Assembly (NCBI GenBank): GCA_001949185.1
Contig: BDGG01000009.1
Location: forward strand, 1,415,624-1,479,623
Source: Ramazzottius varieornatus
Taxonomy: Eukaryota > Animalia > Tardigrada
DNA length: 64,000 nucleotides
Direction of reading: 5' to 3'
A program made the position numbers and the translations under genes. Below are positions 37,270 through 51,300 of the stretch, piece after piece. How positions within the stretch are numbered: position 1 is the first letter of the stretch; each line of letters opens with the position of its first letter. The notes below the pieces were generated by a model. It saw only the letters and a program-made list of their open reading frames with translations, was not told the DNA's origin and made no database searches.

Positions 37270-37836
37270 ATGGACAAGACTCAGAACAAAGGAAAGCGGA
37301 AATCCGACACGCAAAAGAAAGGCAAGAAAGCACCGACAGGTACATCGAGCAAGCAGACTGTTGCGAATTTGGCTGAGTCTTCTGAGAACTGCCTGCCTTC
37401 GCCATCACCGTTTACGATCAGTAAACCGAGCGATGGGTCTATTGGGAATTTCCAAAACAGATTTTCACCACTTATAGAACAATCTATTTTTTTACATGAT
37501 CACATTAAGTCCAAATATTAGAAATCCAAAGGCCAAGAAGACATCTGCGGGAAGGAAGAGGGATTCACCCGTTAAGTTAGGAACGTTTTCGAGTATGACA
37601 AAGAAGCTGGTCATTCGGTGTGTATGGCCGAAGGCTGTTCAGCCAAGCTGAGCGGATGTAATGCCGGAAACAACAAGATCCATTTGCTGAAGCATCCAAA
37701 ACTGTACAAGGAATACCTCGAACTGTTTGAGAAGCAGAAGGCCGGGAAGAAAGAGGGTCCAGTTTCACTAAGACAAGTAAAACTTGACCAGATGGCACAG
37801 TCGAAAAAACTCTACGATAAAGATCATCCGAAGTAA
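37270..37836 (+). mobile_element. Truncated hAT-like transposase remnant (BED zinc finger)
   Basis: VRNVFEYDKEAGHSVCMAEGCSAKLSGCNAGNNKIHLLKHP..QVKLDQM..YDKDHPK*. This is a BED finger plus the typical downstream motif, with no DDE core following and an upstream stop/frameshift. Confidence 0.65.
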
Positions 37837-40631
37837 AATGTTTGGCGTGAGCTTGTGTAATTTGCGGAAATACATCCAGGATTTATGCTTGCAGACACGA
37901 TAGCATCCTCCAGAAAGTCTCCCTCTACGTTCTACGTTCACCATCTATGACACTGAATGGAGGGATAGAATCGTTATAAACGGGCAGGATGATGACTTGT
38001 CCGGTTTTGACGATAATCGCTCCTCCAGCTCCTTATGGGGGTATCGTGCAATGTTCTAAACGAAGACAAACTAAGTTAGATCGAGAAGAAGTGTGACACT
38101 GAGACACTTCGGGATCCGCGAAACAAGAAAAAGTCCGGAAATTCAAAGTTAAGCCCCAGGCGCATACGGGCGACTGTAGCTGGTAAGCACGCCTGCACAA
38201 GCGCTTGGCTCTAGGGTGTCGCGCTTAATATCGTATATCATAAAAGAAATTCTAAGCAAGTATCAAATTCACTTTTTGAGTCCAGAGAACCGTTCGGGAG
38301 TACTTAACATTCACATAACATTCACTTTGACGTGAAGCATGCTGTTACTTTTGCATGTAACAGGAAGTGGAATTTAAGGCGTAAAACTAGAAAAACGACG
38401 GAAACACTGCTGCAATAACCACCGGCTGAGGGCCGAAAGACCTTTTCGTTCTCATCAGAGATGTGTGGTACTGTACAGCAAGTGACATATCGTTTTTCAT
38501 TCAGTGTTCCTTACAAATATGGGTATGTTCGTACCATCTAAACAAGAGCCAACACGGTCTCCTCTGTCTCGAACAGTTCCAAATTTGTCTCGAAAACTTT
38601 TTATGTATTATCGTCAGACTAATGATTCAAATTCAGATACTGCGGGTCCGATAAAAATCTTTACGCGACTGTCTACAAATGCTAGCCGGTCGATCTCACA
38701 AGAGAATTTCACCAACTGCTGAGTGACGATCCTCAAACCAGCATCGCAAGCACGTAGCTTCGAGTTCACAGATGGAGTGGATAGTAAATAGCTTAATGGA
38801 TAGTTTCTTCGACAGGCGGAGCTATAGACTTTGAATCTCTCGTATATCAGAAAACGGGATTGTGTGGGACGTAGAACCACTAGATCTGTGAATGTCTACT
38901 GGACTCCGAATGCAGGGAACATCGAGTTGCCAGCGCAAAACCAATTTAAATGAACTCGCACTTTCAGGTTTTTTCTCTAGAACTATGGTTACTGTAAACG
39001 ACCATTACTTTAGGAGAAAGTCAAGAAGCCTCTTGTCATTTGATGGAATTTTCATAGTACTCGAGAAGGCTTGGGTTACTTCCGTGTTATCAGAATCGAG
39101 AACCGCGTAACCGGGTGTGAGTTTTGGCGGCGATTAAAACCATGGGCGAATGGATCGCAGATTTAGCCACAAGCTTACCAGTGTGAGGTCCCCGCATTAG
39201 TTTTGGCCACTCACAACTTTGGAGCCCTTGTCCACTCCTGATCGAACCCGAACCTAGTAGAGAGTACAAGAGACACCCTGAATTATTTTCTGGCACCTTT
39301 TCCCACCTACTGAAGACACCTCTCTCGTCTAGGGTGGAAAGATGGAAAATCCTATCAAAAGAGCTCTAGGGTGGAAAAAAGACACAAAAGACACCTCTAG
39401 TGCAGGCGTGCTGGTAAGCGCACGCGCCCCACGGCAAGCCTACTCTGTGCGTCGCACCCGAATAAAATGCCCTTGGACATTACACAGACGATACTGCACT
39501 CCATACGGGCATTCGAAACGCTGCATAAGAACGCCATCATTACGGATCATATGGATATTTACATCACACAGAAATCTCGCAACAATTGTAATAATTTTAA
39601 TTGTTAAGACCAGCAGAATTCTAACTAATTGTAATTTACAATTTCTTGTGAAACAACGGTCCACAATTGAAATTGCTGTCGACTGAGGTATTCCGATTGA
39701 TCGTAATAGCAATCAGAATCGAAAATGTCATATTGGAGCAACACTGAGCATGAGTGGCGCTGCAATAGAATCTTCAGACCAGCCCCTGACCGTAAGCAGT
39801 GACAGCTGGGCAAGTGGCCCCCTATGTCAGCCGTTGATTTGACTACTTTATTGAAATCACAAGACCACAGTACGCTCGACAACGATTGGCAGCTGAGTGG
39901 CCACCTGATGCTGTCACTTCTTACAGCCAGGTGCTGGTCTAAAGATTTTATTGCGCAGCCACCTATGCACCAAAATCGAAACTCGAAACTGGTTTTGGAA
40001 CACTGACGAGTTGCAGTACTTCGCCGTGCACAAACTCATTGTAGTGTCGAACGATCAATCAATCGTTATTCTCCAGCAGCATTCAAGCGAATCAATCTGG
40101 GTCGGTGAAGTCAGAGTGATGATGAAGTACAGCAGCTCATCCGTGTTTTGGAATTTCCTTCGGTCTTCCTTCGATTCAGATTGTCCAGTCTTCAGGTACG
40201 TTTTGGATTTCATCCCAATATCTCTCACGTACCTCTGTCTTCCTAGGGTGGTGGATCAGTCGGGCTAGGGAAAGCGGCATTACCAGTGGGACTTGCTGGA
40301 GAAACGCCTGCGGATTTGGCGGTAGAAGAGCGACTCTTACTGTGGAGGATTCCCTCACCCACTAGCAGTCTGAGACCTGTCAAGGCTCTCAGTTTACCGT
40401 CACCGTTTCCTGCGTCATCCGACAAACAATCAGGTAACACCTACCATATTCTTTAAGATCCACTGAGTGGATCAACACGCTGAGCGTTCTTCATACTTTC
40501 AGGTTTTACTGCTGCATGCTGACTGATAATATTATGAAAGATTTAGGATAAATTTTCAACAAAAGCTCTGTGTTTACAGATTAAGAGACGAGCACTACCT
40601 TGTGGAGCGGTCGTCGGGCTCTGACCAAAAA

Positions 40632-41262
40632 GATGGCGAAGAAGACACAGAAGGCGAGGAAAGTGGGGAGGACGGCGGCCAAGGTCTCGAAGGCGCAAGT
40701 GCAGAAAGAGTCAGCTAGGCTGGAGGAGGTTGACAAGGAGTTGCAAGCCCGCATGGACCAGCCTTACGTGGCTGGGCTGACAGTGCACCGTCTCAGGTTC
40801 ATGGAAGGCGAAGACGTGGTCGTCTTGATCGATGGTCTGTATTTCCGCGGTCTGGTGCGACACCACTACCGACTCATCCCTTCCTTGTATCCGCACAGCA
40901 ACGACATCCACTTTCGAATTCCCACCTACACCATTAGTTTCGACGGCTTCAACCAGAACAACGATGCGGAGATCGCAGAGAATGAACTGATAAGTCGAGA
41001 CGGCTCTGATGCGGTGGCCGTCTTCGGCATGCTGTATGCTCACTTCTGGAACGAACTCTGGAGGAAGTGGCAAGGTAAAGAATTAAGAGCACGAGATGGG
41101 TTATGGTGTCTGGTTCATGGACCAAGACGTCATTCAGAACCTGTCGGACTTCTGGCAGGAAGAGTTCTTGTTGTCGCGCCATCTTTTCGTCTTTCGACGG
41201 ACCGTACTTTTGATTTCCACGATCTTTCCTCTCCTGTTTTTTCTCAGCGCTCATTTTCCTGA
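40632..41262 (+). CDS. Tudor-knot/chromo-barrel (MRG15/MSL3-type) domain protein, degenerate, possibly a pseudogene
   Basis: RFMEGEDVVVLIDGLYFRGLV..YTISFDGFNQNNDAEIAENEL matches the chromo-barrel pattern F.EGE.V...G.LY....Y.IHY.GWN..WDEWV.E. The 3' structure is unclear. Confidence 0.6.
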
Positions 41263-44200
41263 ACTGGACATGTGTAGCAAACTGTTTTTTAAACGGGTCT
41301 TTTTTTGTTTTTTCAGTTTTCGACGGAGATGATTTTGTTGGCTCTGTGTTGGATCTGTCCTGGACTTTTGTATATTACGTATATTACTATCATCATTGCG
41401 CAGTGTGCAGCAATAAAAAGAAGGGGTGTAGCGGCGTCTCATGGCTTTGGACGAGCTCTTAATGCTCTCAACATCAGCCAGTGGTGTGGAAGAAGAGTGG
41501 AAGTTACTTCCGGTACGCCTCTTTCTGCCAGAGTGCCTTGACCTAAAGAGACACAGCCGTCTGTTTTGCAGATTTCGGTGATTAAACACCTCGACAGAAG
41601 GCGGCTGGGAGTGAACGGCTCTTGTGGACGTGCGCCATTATGACAAGGTGACACGAGTCTTCCTTGATGGAAGAGTGGCCGCCTGCGTCAATGTGTACAT
41701 TGGATATGAACATGTCCTGTAATGTCCAGTTAATTGCGAATCCGTGCTCCCTCAAGTAGCGGTCGACCGTGTTATTGGAGCTTCCTTTAGAAAGTGGGTA
41801 ATCGACCATTTAATTATCGACCAGTTTGAAGATCGCTGCTTCCTTTTCGGGTCCCCTGCCTCAGGTGGTGTTATTGGATTTGCAGACATTATAAAGCGCT
41901 TGGCCTATTAGCGCGCATTTCACTGGAGCGAGCTCGACATGTTTGTAACAAATAGGATTTTCATCGCTTCGCTGCACATCTCAATTACGCCTTTGCACCA
42001 TCAGTTTTTACCGCCAACATGGTACAACGATATCCCAACAGGCCCAATCGATAGCCTTTGCAACAAGTCGGGTGGACGGACCATGGTAAACACAACATGA
42101 CCGAGGTATCAATGAGAGAAACTAGAGTCAACATTTTCGAAAACATGGTGTCAACAAAAATAAAAATAGTTAAAAGGAAATAAAACAGGAACAAAAACTA
42201 GCCGCGATAAAAGTACATTATAGTATTGTCCAGCAAATAGAAACCGAGGCTTATTTCTTGGTACCGTCATAGTGTAAGTACCTCGGTTCCTATTTGCTGC
42301 CTAGCGTGGTATCGTTGCGGTAACTGAATTCTCTTATGCCGCAGGACACGCAACAATGAGCAGGCGGACACACATGGCCCAAAGGTATTGGCGTGATGGA
42401 ATACGGTAGGTCAAAGGGAGAGCGATTAATCAAGTACTTGAATTTGCCGGTCGGCCCGCGGTTGAACACTAGAGGAACTGGTGCTCTGCGTTGATCTCTG
42501 GAGAGAAGGGAAAGTGCCCGATCGAAGATTGCGACAGCACGAAGGGGGATGGAGCGCCTACTTATGAATGTCCGCGCTCCCTTCCCTTTTCAAACAGTTT
42601 TCCTGCTCGCATATACTGCATACTGCCGTGTGGACACAGGGACAGAATGAATATTCGGGCGCATGCAGGCCTGAATAAGCGTCATGATTTTCTAATACAG
42701 TCGCTGGGTGTATTTGGCCAAAGTGGCGGAATGGACAAAAGGTCAACAGAAGTTCAAAGCTGGGTCGTGTTTGTTCAAGCCTTCCTCGTGCTATAGCTGC
42801 TTTAACATTCCGTCATAAAAATCGTTATTCCCTTCTTTTCTTGCTTTCCCCGCCATCATCCATTTTCTGAATGATTTCCTCGGCGTAATAGCCTATAGCT
42901 AGCTACTCTTTTCTTCCTCTGTGGCAGGCTTCCCTGCTCTGCTGCCCATCTGGGTGCGAAGAGGGGGCAAATTTTATCCCTTTTGTGGCCGATGGTGGTG
43001 CTCATATGCAACTTGGGCACAATGGCGGGTGTATCAAGTTATGTAATCCATATTGTATCGAGAGTGCTCTCTCTCCTCCCCGTTGGCACCGCGGATCAAG
43101 AGCGAATAACTATGGGCGGCACTCCTAGCCTAAGTTGAGGTTCCTTCCCTTCCAAGCCCTGTATGTCCTTGCCTAGGTCTCTCCGTGGCAGCGATTAGTA
43201 GGTACTGGTGCAGCTCGTGTTCAGTGTGTCAATCTGGGGATAAATCAGTGCTTAATCGAGTGCCAGCCGATCAGTGGGTTAATAACTTGCACAAGCAAGG
43301 TGTGAAGTTGCGCTGGCTCGAGCGGTAATTGCAACTTCTTCATCGTTGTTGCAGGAACCATTGCAGGACTGTATGTATTCAATGTGACCCAATGCCCCAA
43401 GTGATGCAACGCCCAATCTCCGCGTATGAACTATATCATATTCCCCACTACGGCGTAAGCCTTGTCATTTCAATTTCCAATCTCGTTAAATCAAAATTTC
43501 AAATTTGAATTGAGCCGTCAAGTTTCATCCTGTCTGTTACAGATCACTTCCGCAATGCTATCCTATGAATCTTGCGGGTAAAGTTCCCCTGTTTTACGTG
43601 CTTGTTTTCTGGTGGACCCAATGCCGCTCTTGGTATAGTATATACTAACTTCATCCTAATTGCACTTCATATTAATCTTGATGTCCATTGCTATACAGTA
43701 TCACTTCCGGGTCGCCCTTCGGCGGACATCGCGGTTGAGATTCTCGCATGGAACTTTTGGGAAAGAAAGTGCCCCCTTCTTCTGGATGATATAAAAGCCT
43801 GTGGATGGATGGAGCGGGAAGTATGAGGCTCATCATCGGGTCATTAATCGGTAAGGCCGTGAGAGATAAGCGTCAGGACGATACTTCAGCCAGGCCCAGC
43901 TGTCAGTTGGAGCGCCTAACGCGGTAATTTAATTGACTACTAGGACTAGGAGGGCTGTTTGCTGTGTGCTGAAGCGAGAGCAATATATTACTCTATCCGT
44001 ATCGCATATCCCCCCAATCATTTCCGACGTAAAAACTACTACCATGTTCCCCTACAACAAAGTGTGGCGCGTGCTTGGTCTGCACGCTTCTATGGGCAGA
44101 TAGCCTAATTAGCTCCTTTTTTATTTGCCCTGCATGCAGATCTGCTTGTTTTGGGCGTTTTTCCCTCCTGTCCCTGCCTTTTGGGGGAAGACCTATCGAT

Positions 44201-46002
44201 AGCATGCCTGGATAGAGGCAGGCAGGTCTAATGGCAAACATGTACAGCAGAGGCGCCCATAACGTGCCGCCAACTATTGTCACTGTGCGCAAAAGTTAGC
44301 CTAGTTTTGCTTCCTTTTTTGCCCTGGACTGAAAGGCCGTTGTACCTGTCTGTAGCCGGCATTTACTATGCATCTATGACGTGAGCTGACGTTGGTGGGA
44401 AATCTCGGCGGGGTTGCCTTGCCCGTTCGCCAGGCTGAAGTGCCGCGTCGTTTCGTAAGAGTCAATCTGCTTCGAGTGGCACGTTACGCTGTAGCATGCC
44501 CAAATGCCATGATACTTGTCTGTAAGTCCTAACTACATTTGGCCAATTGGACTTTTGGCCATTTGATATGACAGCTTGCGGATGTTTGTGTGGGCCAATA
44601 TGGCCTTCGCATGCAGGCTGATGCAGGCAGATGAAAATTAACAGACTCTCCGATTACTTTTGCCTGTGCCTGCTTGCAGGGACATTACTGGTCCTGCGGG
44701 ACACGGCCAGCGCCTCGTCTCTCTTCAACGACAAGGAGCCCAACAACAAGAGCCGCGCCGTCCGACATGCCTTCTTGGAGGAAGCTGCCAGCTCTCCAAG
44801 TCAAGGCCTCTTCTTGCCCCATCTCCACCATCTGAAGAGGACACGCCATGGACTTTATCGCCCTGTGCGGCAGCCTCTTCATCAGGAACACCCCAACAGC
44901 AACGCTCGCTTGACGCGGATCAAGCACTATGTCTTGCGCCGTCTGCAGAATAAACATGGTCAGCGTGATGTAGGCCTCAACGGCATCATCCCCGACCTTC
45001 TGCCGGAAGCCGATAATCACAGCGTGCGTGTCCTGGACACTGCTTGGTATATTATGTCGATCAAAAGTCACTGTCATAACTGACCAAACTGCCACCAAAA
45101 TAATCAAATAAAATGTCAATGGGAAAATGCCACTGCTTATTAGGTATGGCAACAGTTACATACCCTATCGATACCGCTGCCAGACTTCGGGCCACTGTAG
45201 TCCCCGACCGGCACTTGCTCAGCCTACCGAACCGCCCATTGCCTCTCCACGACCACGCATACCCATCCCACCTTGCGTTCACCTGCGCTGGAACTATGAG
45301 TTGCCCTTCTCCGAACTGCCCAATCTAGTCTTTAGCTTCCTAGCCTTCGATATGGTTTCCGGCCAAACTCTGACGGAGAAAAGCCGGTAAGAACCCTTCT
45401 CTTCGGCACCGACAAGAAGATAATGAAGTGGGGCTCCACCGCATTATTTCATCTCTTTCTTCCACAGCTTCCTGTCGATACTGCTGGAGGCGGGAGCTAA
45501 CGCTTACATGAGCGCCAACTCTTCAGCGGACGTCTTCGAGGTCCCAGATGCCATCGACACAACGTCCTGCTCGATAAAACGCTCTGTGGAACCACTGATA
45601 GACTCGCTGCACCAACTACTCAATCTGTACACGTCCAGGGACCAACGTCTACTGCTGAGTACGTAGGCCCAACTTCCTCCTCCCACAGGGAATACTCAAT
45701 TAAATGACAAGCTCATTCATCACCGAAGAAACTACTGACCTCTGTATCTTGTCCTCTTTTTATTTCCCTCCGTGCAGCACTAGTTCAAGCCACCAAAGCC
45801 TGCCTTGACAAATCGGAAATGCCCTTCCCCCAAGAACTCCTCCCCTGTCTGGACTATTCATTCGGGTAATAACACCAACATCGTGCAGCATTTTATTCAA
45901 CAGCATCCCAAATATACAGTGTAAAATTCGCAAACTATTTTCCATGAAATGATTTCTTTATGAATGAAATTCAGTAAATAATACAGTTACCAAATATATT
46001 TT

Positions 46003-46836
46003 GGTGAGGGCTCCTCTCAGCCCGACACCACCGATGGGCTCATCTCACCACCGGTTTCGAATGACACACCACCAATGGGCTCCTCTTACCACTTCTCATT
46101 TATTCTTTAATTAGATGAAATGGGATGAGATTAACTAGGAAATTACTAGTTCACCACCGCGAGAGTAATGTTTTTGTGACAGCCAACCAAGTGTAGCGTT
46201 AACCTGGCAGGTCAAAGCAGGAGCTATGGCTGGGCTATCCTCAAGGCGAGAAAGAAGTCCGCTGTCCAAATGAATCAGTGCGATCAAGGCCAGGTTAAAG
46301 GCCTGGCCTGGGCCTTCTTCGTGCTGGCATTCGCTGCTGGAATTGGGGCAAAGGAGAAGCGCAGCTGTGGTGATCTCGAGTTTTAAGGCAAAGAGCGCAA
46401 CAGAGGTGAAGCGTAAACCGGGGTGCGCAGCCGCCTGGGCGTAATTGGCGCAACGGGCAGCGGAGCCACAAGCCAGCGCCGATCGCAGCTAGGGTCGTCC
46501 CGCAAACCATCGCTCTTGAGTAGCCGTCTTTGTTGCAAATGAGTATATGTATACACTGTGGTACTTCTGTCAGTTCTTTGTCAGCCCACCCGCTGACGTA
46601 TCCTCCCACTCCCAGCCAGAAACTTCTGACATACTACCAATGGAGCTTGTCGTATTTCAACAGCATCTGCTTACCGAACAGTCTTCTTGGTGGGGTCTCG
46701 CTCACCGCCCGTTGAATTAAATTGTAGGTGGAGGTGCCCACGAGCCGTCGATGATGTCAAAAGTGTACATATTAGTGGTGAGGGGAGCCCACTGGTGGTG
46801 TATCAATTGACACGGGTGGTCAGAGAAGCCCAGACC
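46003..46836. mobile_element. Non-autonomous Mutator-like (MULE) element with repeat-containing TIRs and a 9-bp TSD
   Basis: GG...CC termini; flanks atatatttt (45994-46002) and atatatttc (46837-46845). The motif caccacc(g/a)atgggctc..ct.accac is repeated at the left end and inverted at the right end. Confidence 0.75.
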
Positions 46837-47623
46837 ATATATTTCTAGTTGGAACAATTATCCTAACAGTGGAATGTCACTTTGGAATGTTACGAAGAGT
46901 CATGTTGAGCATTTTTCAGGCAGGAGCAGCTACTGGACTTACTGCAACCACGCTCCGTCTTCGGCAACCGCGAACTGTGCCGGTACAGTGTACACTGACC
47001 TTGCTCTTTCCAAACTCATTCCGTGGATAATTGGACTGGGCATTGTTCATCTGTTTATAGAAAACATTTACGGCACAACATTAGCCTTTGTCTGCCGGCG
47101 CAGCCTCATTCATGCAACGAAAAGCATTTGTTAGTGCTCAGGAACTTTGCCCGCATGTACTACAAGTGTGCCAGCTCAGTGCCTCCTACCGTAAGTGTCT
47201 TGCCACATGCTTTTGCCAAGCTTCCTTTTCAACAGTAGAAGAAGCTTCTTTGGCAGGTACAGAAACCGGGTGACTCCGGGGGAAATGATCTGGCTGTAAT
47301 GGACGAAGACGAGTTTGCAGATCTACAGATGGCCCAAGAGAAAAGCTCTGCTGCATTTAGCCCAAACTCCGCTCACTCCTCTGCATTTCTGACTCTTTTC
47401 CTGCTGACCAAATGGTGCTTGTTTTTTGTTTTTACTGGACCGATGAGACTCTTATAACGACGTGGAAGTGACAGTTCGAAGGACAGTGGATATGTGGACG
47501 AAAAGAATAAAACACCGTCATTGACAGCGCCGTGACCTTGTGGGACATAGTAATAGCGTCGAGCCAACAGAGTTCTAGATGCGCTCAGGTTCTTCAAGTC
47601 CGCTTCGGTGGACCGTGTATAGT

Positions 47624-48317
47624 CTACACCAGCAGGAAGCCGGCCATCAGTGTCAGGCTCACTATCCCTGTGGCGGAGCCGATCCTGGATGACAGATTGC
47701 AGTAGTTGCTCGAACAGGTGCACTACGTACGAATGTTTGGTAAGATACCATGGGACAGAGAGCGGAAAATTGCAAAGTACGGTAGGTAGAGGGCATCGTT
47801 ACCGTCTGTACGTTGCCATTGACAGTACATCCATCGGAAGTAGCAGCACTGTTAAACGGGGAAGCGCAGTCTCTGCTGATTAGCGCTGCAATTAAGAATG
47901 CCGGTTATGGGCGCTGTTTTTTACATCGGCCTACCTCCAGAAATTATCTAAAATGGAATTGGAAGGAGCCATAGGCTCGTACTGTAGTAATTATGTTATC
48001 TTGCACTTACTGCCGGGTCCCGAGATCTTGATGCAGCGATTGGCCGATGTACCGGTGGTGGCGCTGCAGTCGCGGTAGAGGTTCCCCAGTCGATTGGCAT
48101 CGGCGCAGTTCCCGTCCAGGGCTGAGTTACACACATAGCAAGTGTTGGCAGCCACTGCAAACCAAAATGACAATACGTATCCCGAAGGGAAAGAATAGGA
48201 GAAAGATCGGAAAATAAAGCAATGTTCATTACCGCTTTCGATGACAACACTGGAGACAAAAATTGCTACAAGGCATCTCAGGGCTGTTCCGCTAACTGTG
48301 TTCATCTTCTTTCGCAT
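47624..48317 (-). CDS. Ly6/uPAR three-finger (quiver-like) GPI-anchored protein
   Basis: Signal peptide, TCYVCNSALDGNC..DC..RCIKISGPG|..RDC..DGC..|CTCSSNYCN, hydrophobic tail. Confidence 0.88.
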
Positions 48318-51300
48318 GAATATATGAATTCTTGTCGACAACAGGTCACGGACGAAGAATGCTCAATATGGCGATGGCAAATATAGAACCCTCGCTACTT
48401 TACCAGCAAGGAACGCCAAGTGCCAATATGCGAAGCCGTCCGTGAGAATGGCGAAGGTATAGAAAATGAAACCAGCAATATATATTGATCATGACTAACC
48501 ATCGACTATTGTCGATTCGTATCTCCTTTGTGATTTACTAGTCCCATATTGCTCAGTATTTCATTGTCTAAATTCTTGCTATGCTTTGGCTCATTGTTGT
48601 GATGTGCTGACAGTCAGCGGAATGGGTTATAATGTAAATCTCCGTGTGCGAAGCAAAACCGGCTTGCGAGCAAAGGAAGGTTCCGATCCGTAGCCACTTC
48701 AACACCTTCACGGCCACGATGCTCCGATACGACAAGTTGTGTACGTACGGACACTTTTATAGACCAAGATCTTTGTTTGATTTTCTCCAGTAGATATATC
48801 TACCGGCAACAGTTTTCGGGCGTTTCTAGTACTATTGTAGGTTAGTCAAACGAAGAAAACGGAAGACACTGGGTCACTCATCACAACAGCTTTGGCTCAA
48901 AACCTTGGACATAATGCCAAATCTTTTTCGCATAAATCTCTTGCGTAGAGCAGCATCATCACGACTGCACAAGTACATCCTTATATTATGCTTTCGAGAG
49001 ACTCCAACATCGTTGAGGGAAAAATCGATTATGGTGGGGACGGTGGACAGCATGCAAACTTCTGTGTCCTTGTCGGATAGCATTACTGTCCATGTCATAA
49101 CAAAGTCCATATGTGCCGATGAAAGGGCGTTGCCAGCAGGAATAAGCTGGTGTAAACAGGAAGCCTCGGTGAATAGGAAGCTGATCCGTTGCAAAGGTAT
49201 CCCGAACAGACACATGTTATTACCTGGAAAGAATACATTTGAAAACAGCAACAAAATAATCTTACAATGAGAGCTTCTTAGAAATACAATCAACGGAATG
49301 TTGACCAGGAAAAAGTCACGGTACCTCACAGACCTGCGTACAACAACCCTCGCGATTACAACAGAACGAGTGTATGCAGGTTTACGAAAGTCAGATTTAT
49401 GGAATTCTTTCACTTATCACATTTTCAACGGCGAAGGAAATTTTCACGGTCTCACACAAGAAAATTAATAATTGCAGAGTAAGTCCATCGAAGTGAATTT
49501 GCGATACGACAGGTCATGCAGTAAAACCTGATCGATCTTCGGTTCCATGTCTGCTCTTCTCACCTCTCCATCGCGGACGCAAGTTCCTTCTTCCATATGT
49601 GCGGCTGGACTACTGGTCTTTACACATGAGCGCACTACAACTGTCAAAAGAGGATTAAGCGGGGAGTGATCACTCACGTGAGCAACAGACTGTAAAAACA
49701 AAGCTACCGCTCCTATTTTTGGAAACTCTTTAACATAGTTGGCACATGAAGAACCACTTAACACTTACTATTGCTTCCGATCTTGTGTTGCTTCATACAG
49801 CGATCCTGTCAAAGAGAAAAGCCAGTGTTAGACATGGTTTGCCAATCATATTATCGCTAAATGAGAGCACATCGAATTTCTTGCCTGTTCTGGATCGAGT
49901 AGATGCCTCTTCAAAGCACATTCTTTCACAAAGCCCGTAAACATCTCTTCGCATCCTTTATGACTGCGCGAATCACAATCGTAACATTTTTCCCCCTCAG
50001 CTGCAACAGCAGAAAGCACAAATATATTTTCAGCCAGTTACTTACGGGTCCATCAATTCTCGAACATGCAACATGAAAATACACTTTTGTAATTTTTTTA
50101 TCGTTCAATTTTGAGCCAAGCATGTCGGGAAATGATTATCTTACCGCAGGATAAGAGTAGGCTAATACACTGGAGAAACATCGCGACAATGTAAGCTGAA
50201 GGGGTCATTTTGAGCACTGAATTCACCGGTAAGTACGCTGTCGTAAGCAAGTTCTGAAAATCAAGAGCCAAAACAAATCCGAGAATTTGGAGGATGTTCA
50301 AGCGCAGATTGGTGGAGTGTTATGTCAAGGCTCTCTGGTACACCGCGCAATTCAATTTATAATCGCGGACGTCGAAGGAAAAAGGCATGCCCACATCGAT
50401 GCGTAAGCTGCAGGCAAGGATCACAGAATTGACTGGGTCAGCCAGAGACAAGGCCAACGCCGGAAAATTGTGAGACGGAATATTTGACGTTATGGCTGGT
50501 ATGAAGACGACTGGACCATGCAGTCACTGAAGGGTAAAATTATTAACGACCAAGTTCTTAGACAAGTTTACAATAACAGCGTCTTTGCTGTGATGGAAGA
50601 TGTTTCTGAGATGCATATATGGACCAGAGAAGACAGGGTCGAAGAAGACGTCCACTGCACCACGCAAATGTTTACGCCGTGATAATCACGTTGACATACC
50701 ATTTTCCTGATAAAATTCTTGTCGTGTATCAGCCGGCAATATTCACTGCCTATCGATTGGAATTTTGAAGGCAGACTAGGTTTCAGCTTGACAGCCAGAC
50801 ATTGTCGTCGTCCGACATTGCGTATGCATGAGGCATGAGGGATGAAAGAGCATTCGGGCACTCACGTCAGCAGGCAGAAGTGCGGCGCGGAGATAAGTGG
50901 CCAAAAGCACCAACAAAGCAGAAAATGTCACGGGCGCCCTTACGCCAGAAGATAGTTAGATCGGATAATTATACACTAGCACTGACGGAAGGCGAACAAT
51001 GTTTGCCCTTCTCCTGAAAGATAACACGACCAGGGAGTTTGCTCGCCTTGTACCACAAAGTTTTGTCACCCGATCGATCTACCTCTGAATACGGCCTACG
51101 TCACCAACAAACTGCGAAATCCCCCAAGAGGAAAACGTTGCCGGTATTGGCTCATGAATTGTTGACACGAGGGAGAGAAACCAGGCAAACGGAGGTGGTT
51201 CAAAGTGGGATGGAGCAAAGGGCGGATTGTACTATCTACTATAGCCAGAGCACATGAAAAAGAAATGAGCCGACGCTCTGGAGAGTACGGATACAGCACA

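Noticed and set aside
42491-43450. Weak RING-like (CPCVHTAVCSIC) and integrase-like (GIKFAPSSHPDG) snippets
   Set aside because: Incomplete motifs with multiple stops; at most decayed repeats, not assignable.
44631-45670. 150-aa ORF with apparent signal peptide and an LLEAGAN ankyrin-like word
   Set aside because: No consistent gene model; the 'signal peptide' overlaps an acceptor-like tract; probably a degraded TE or pseudogene.
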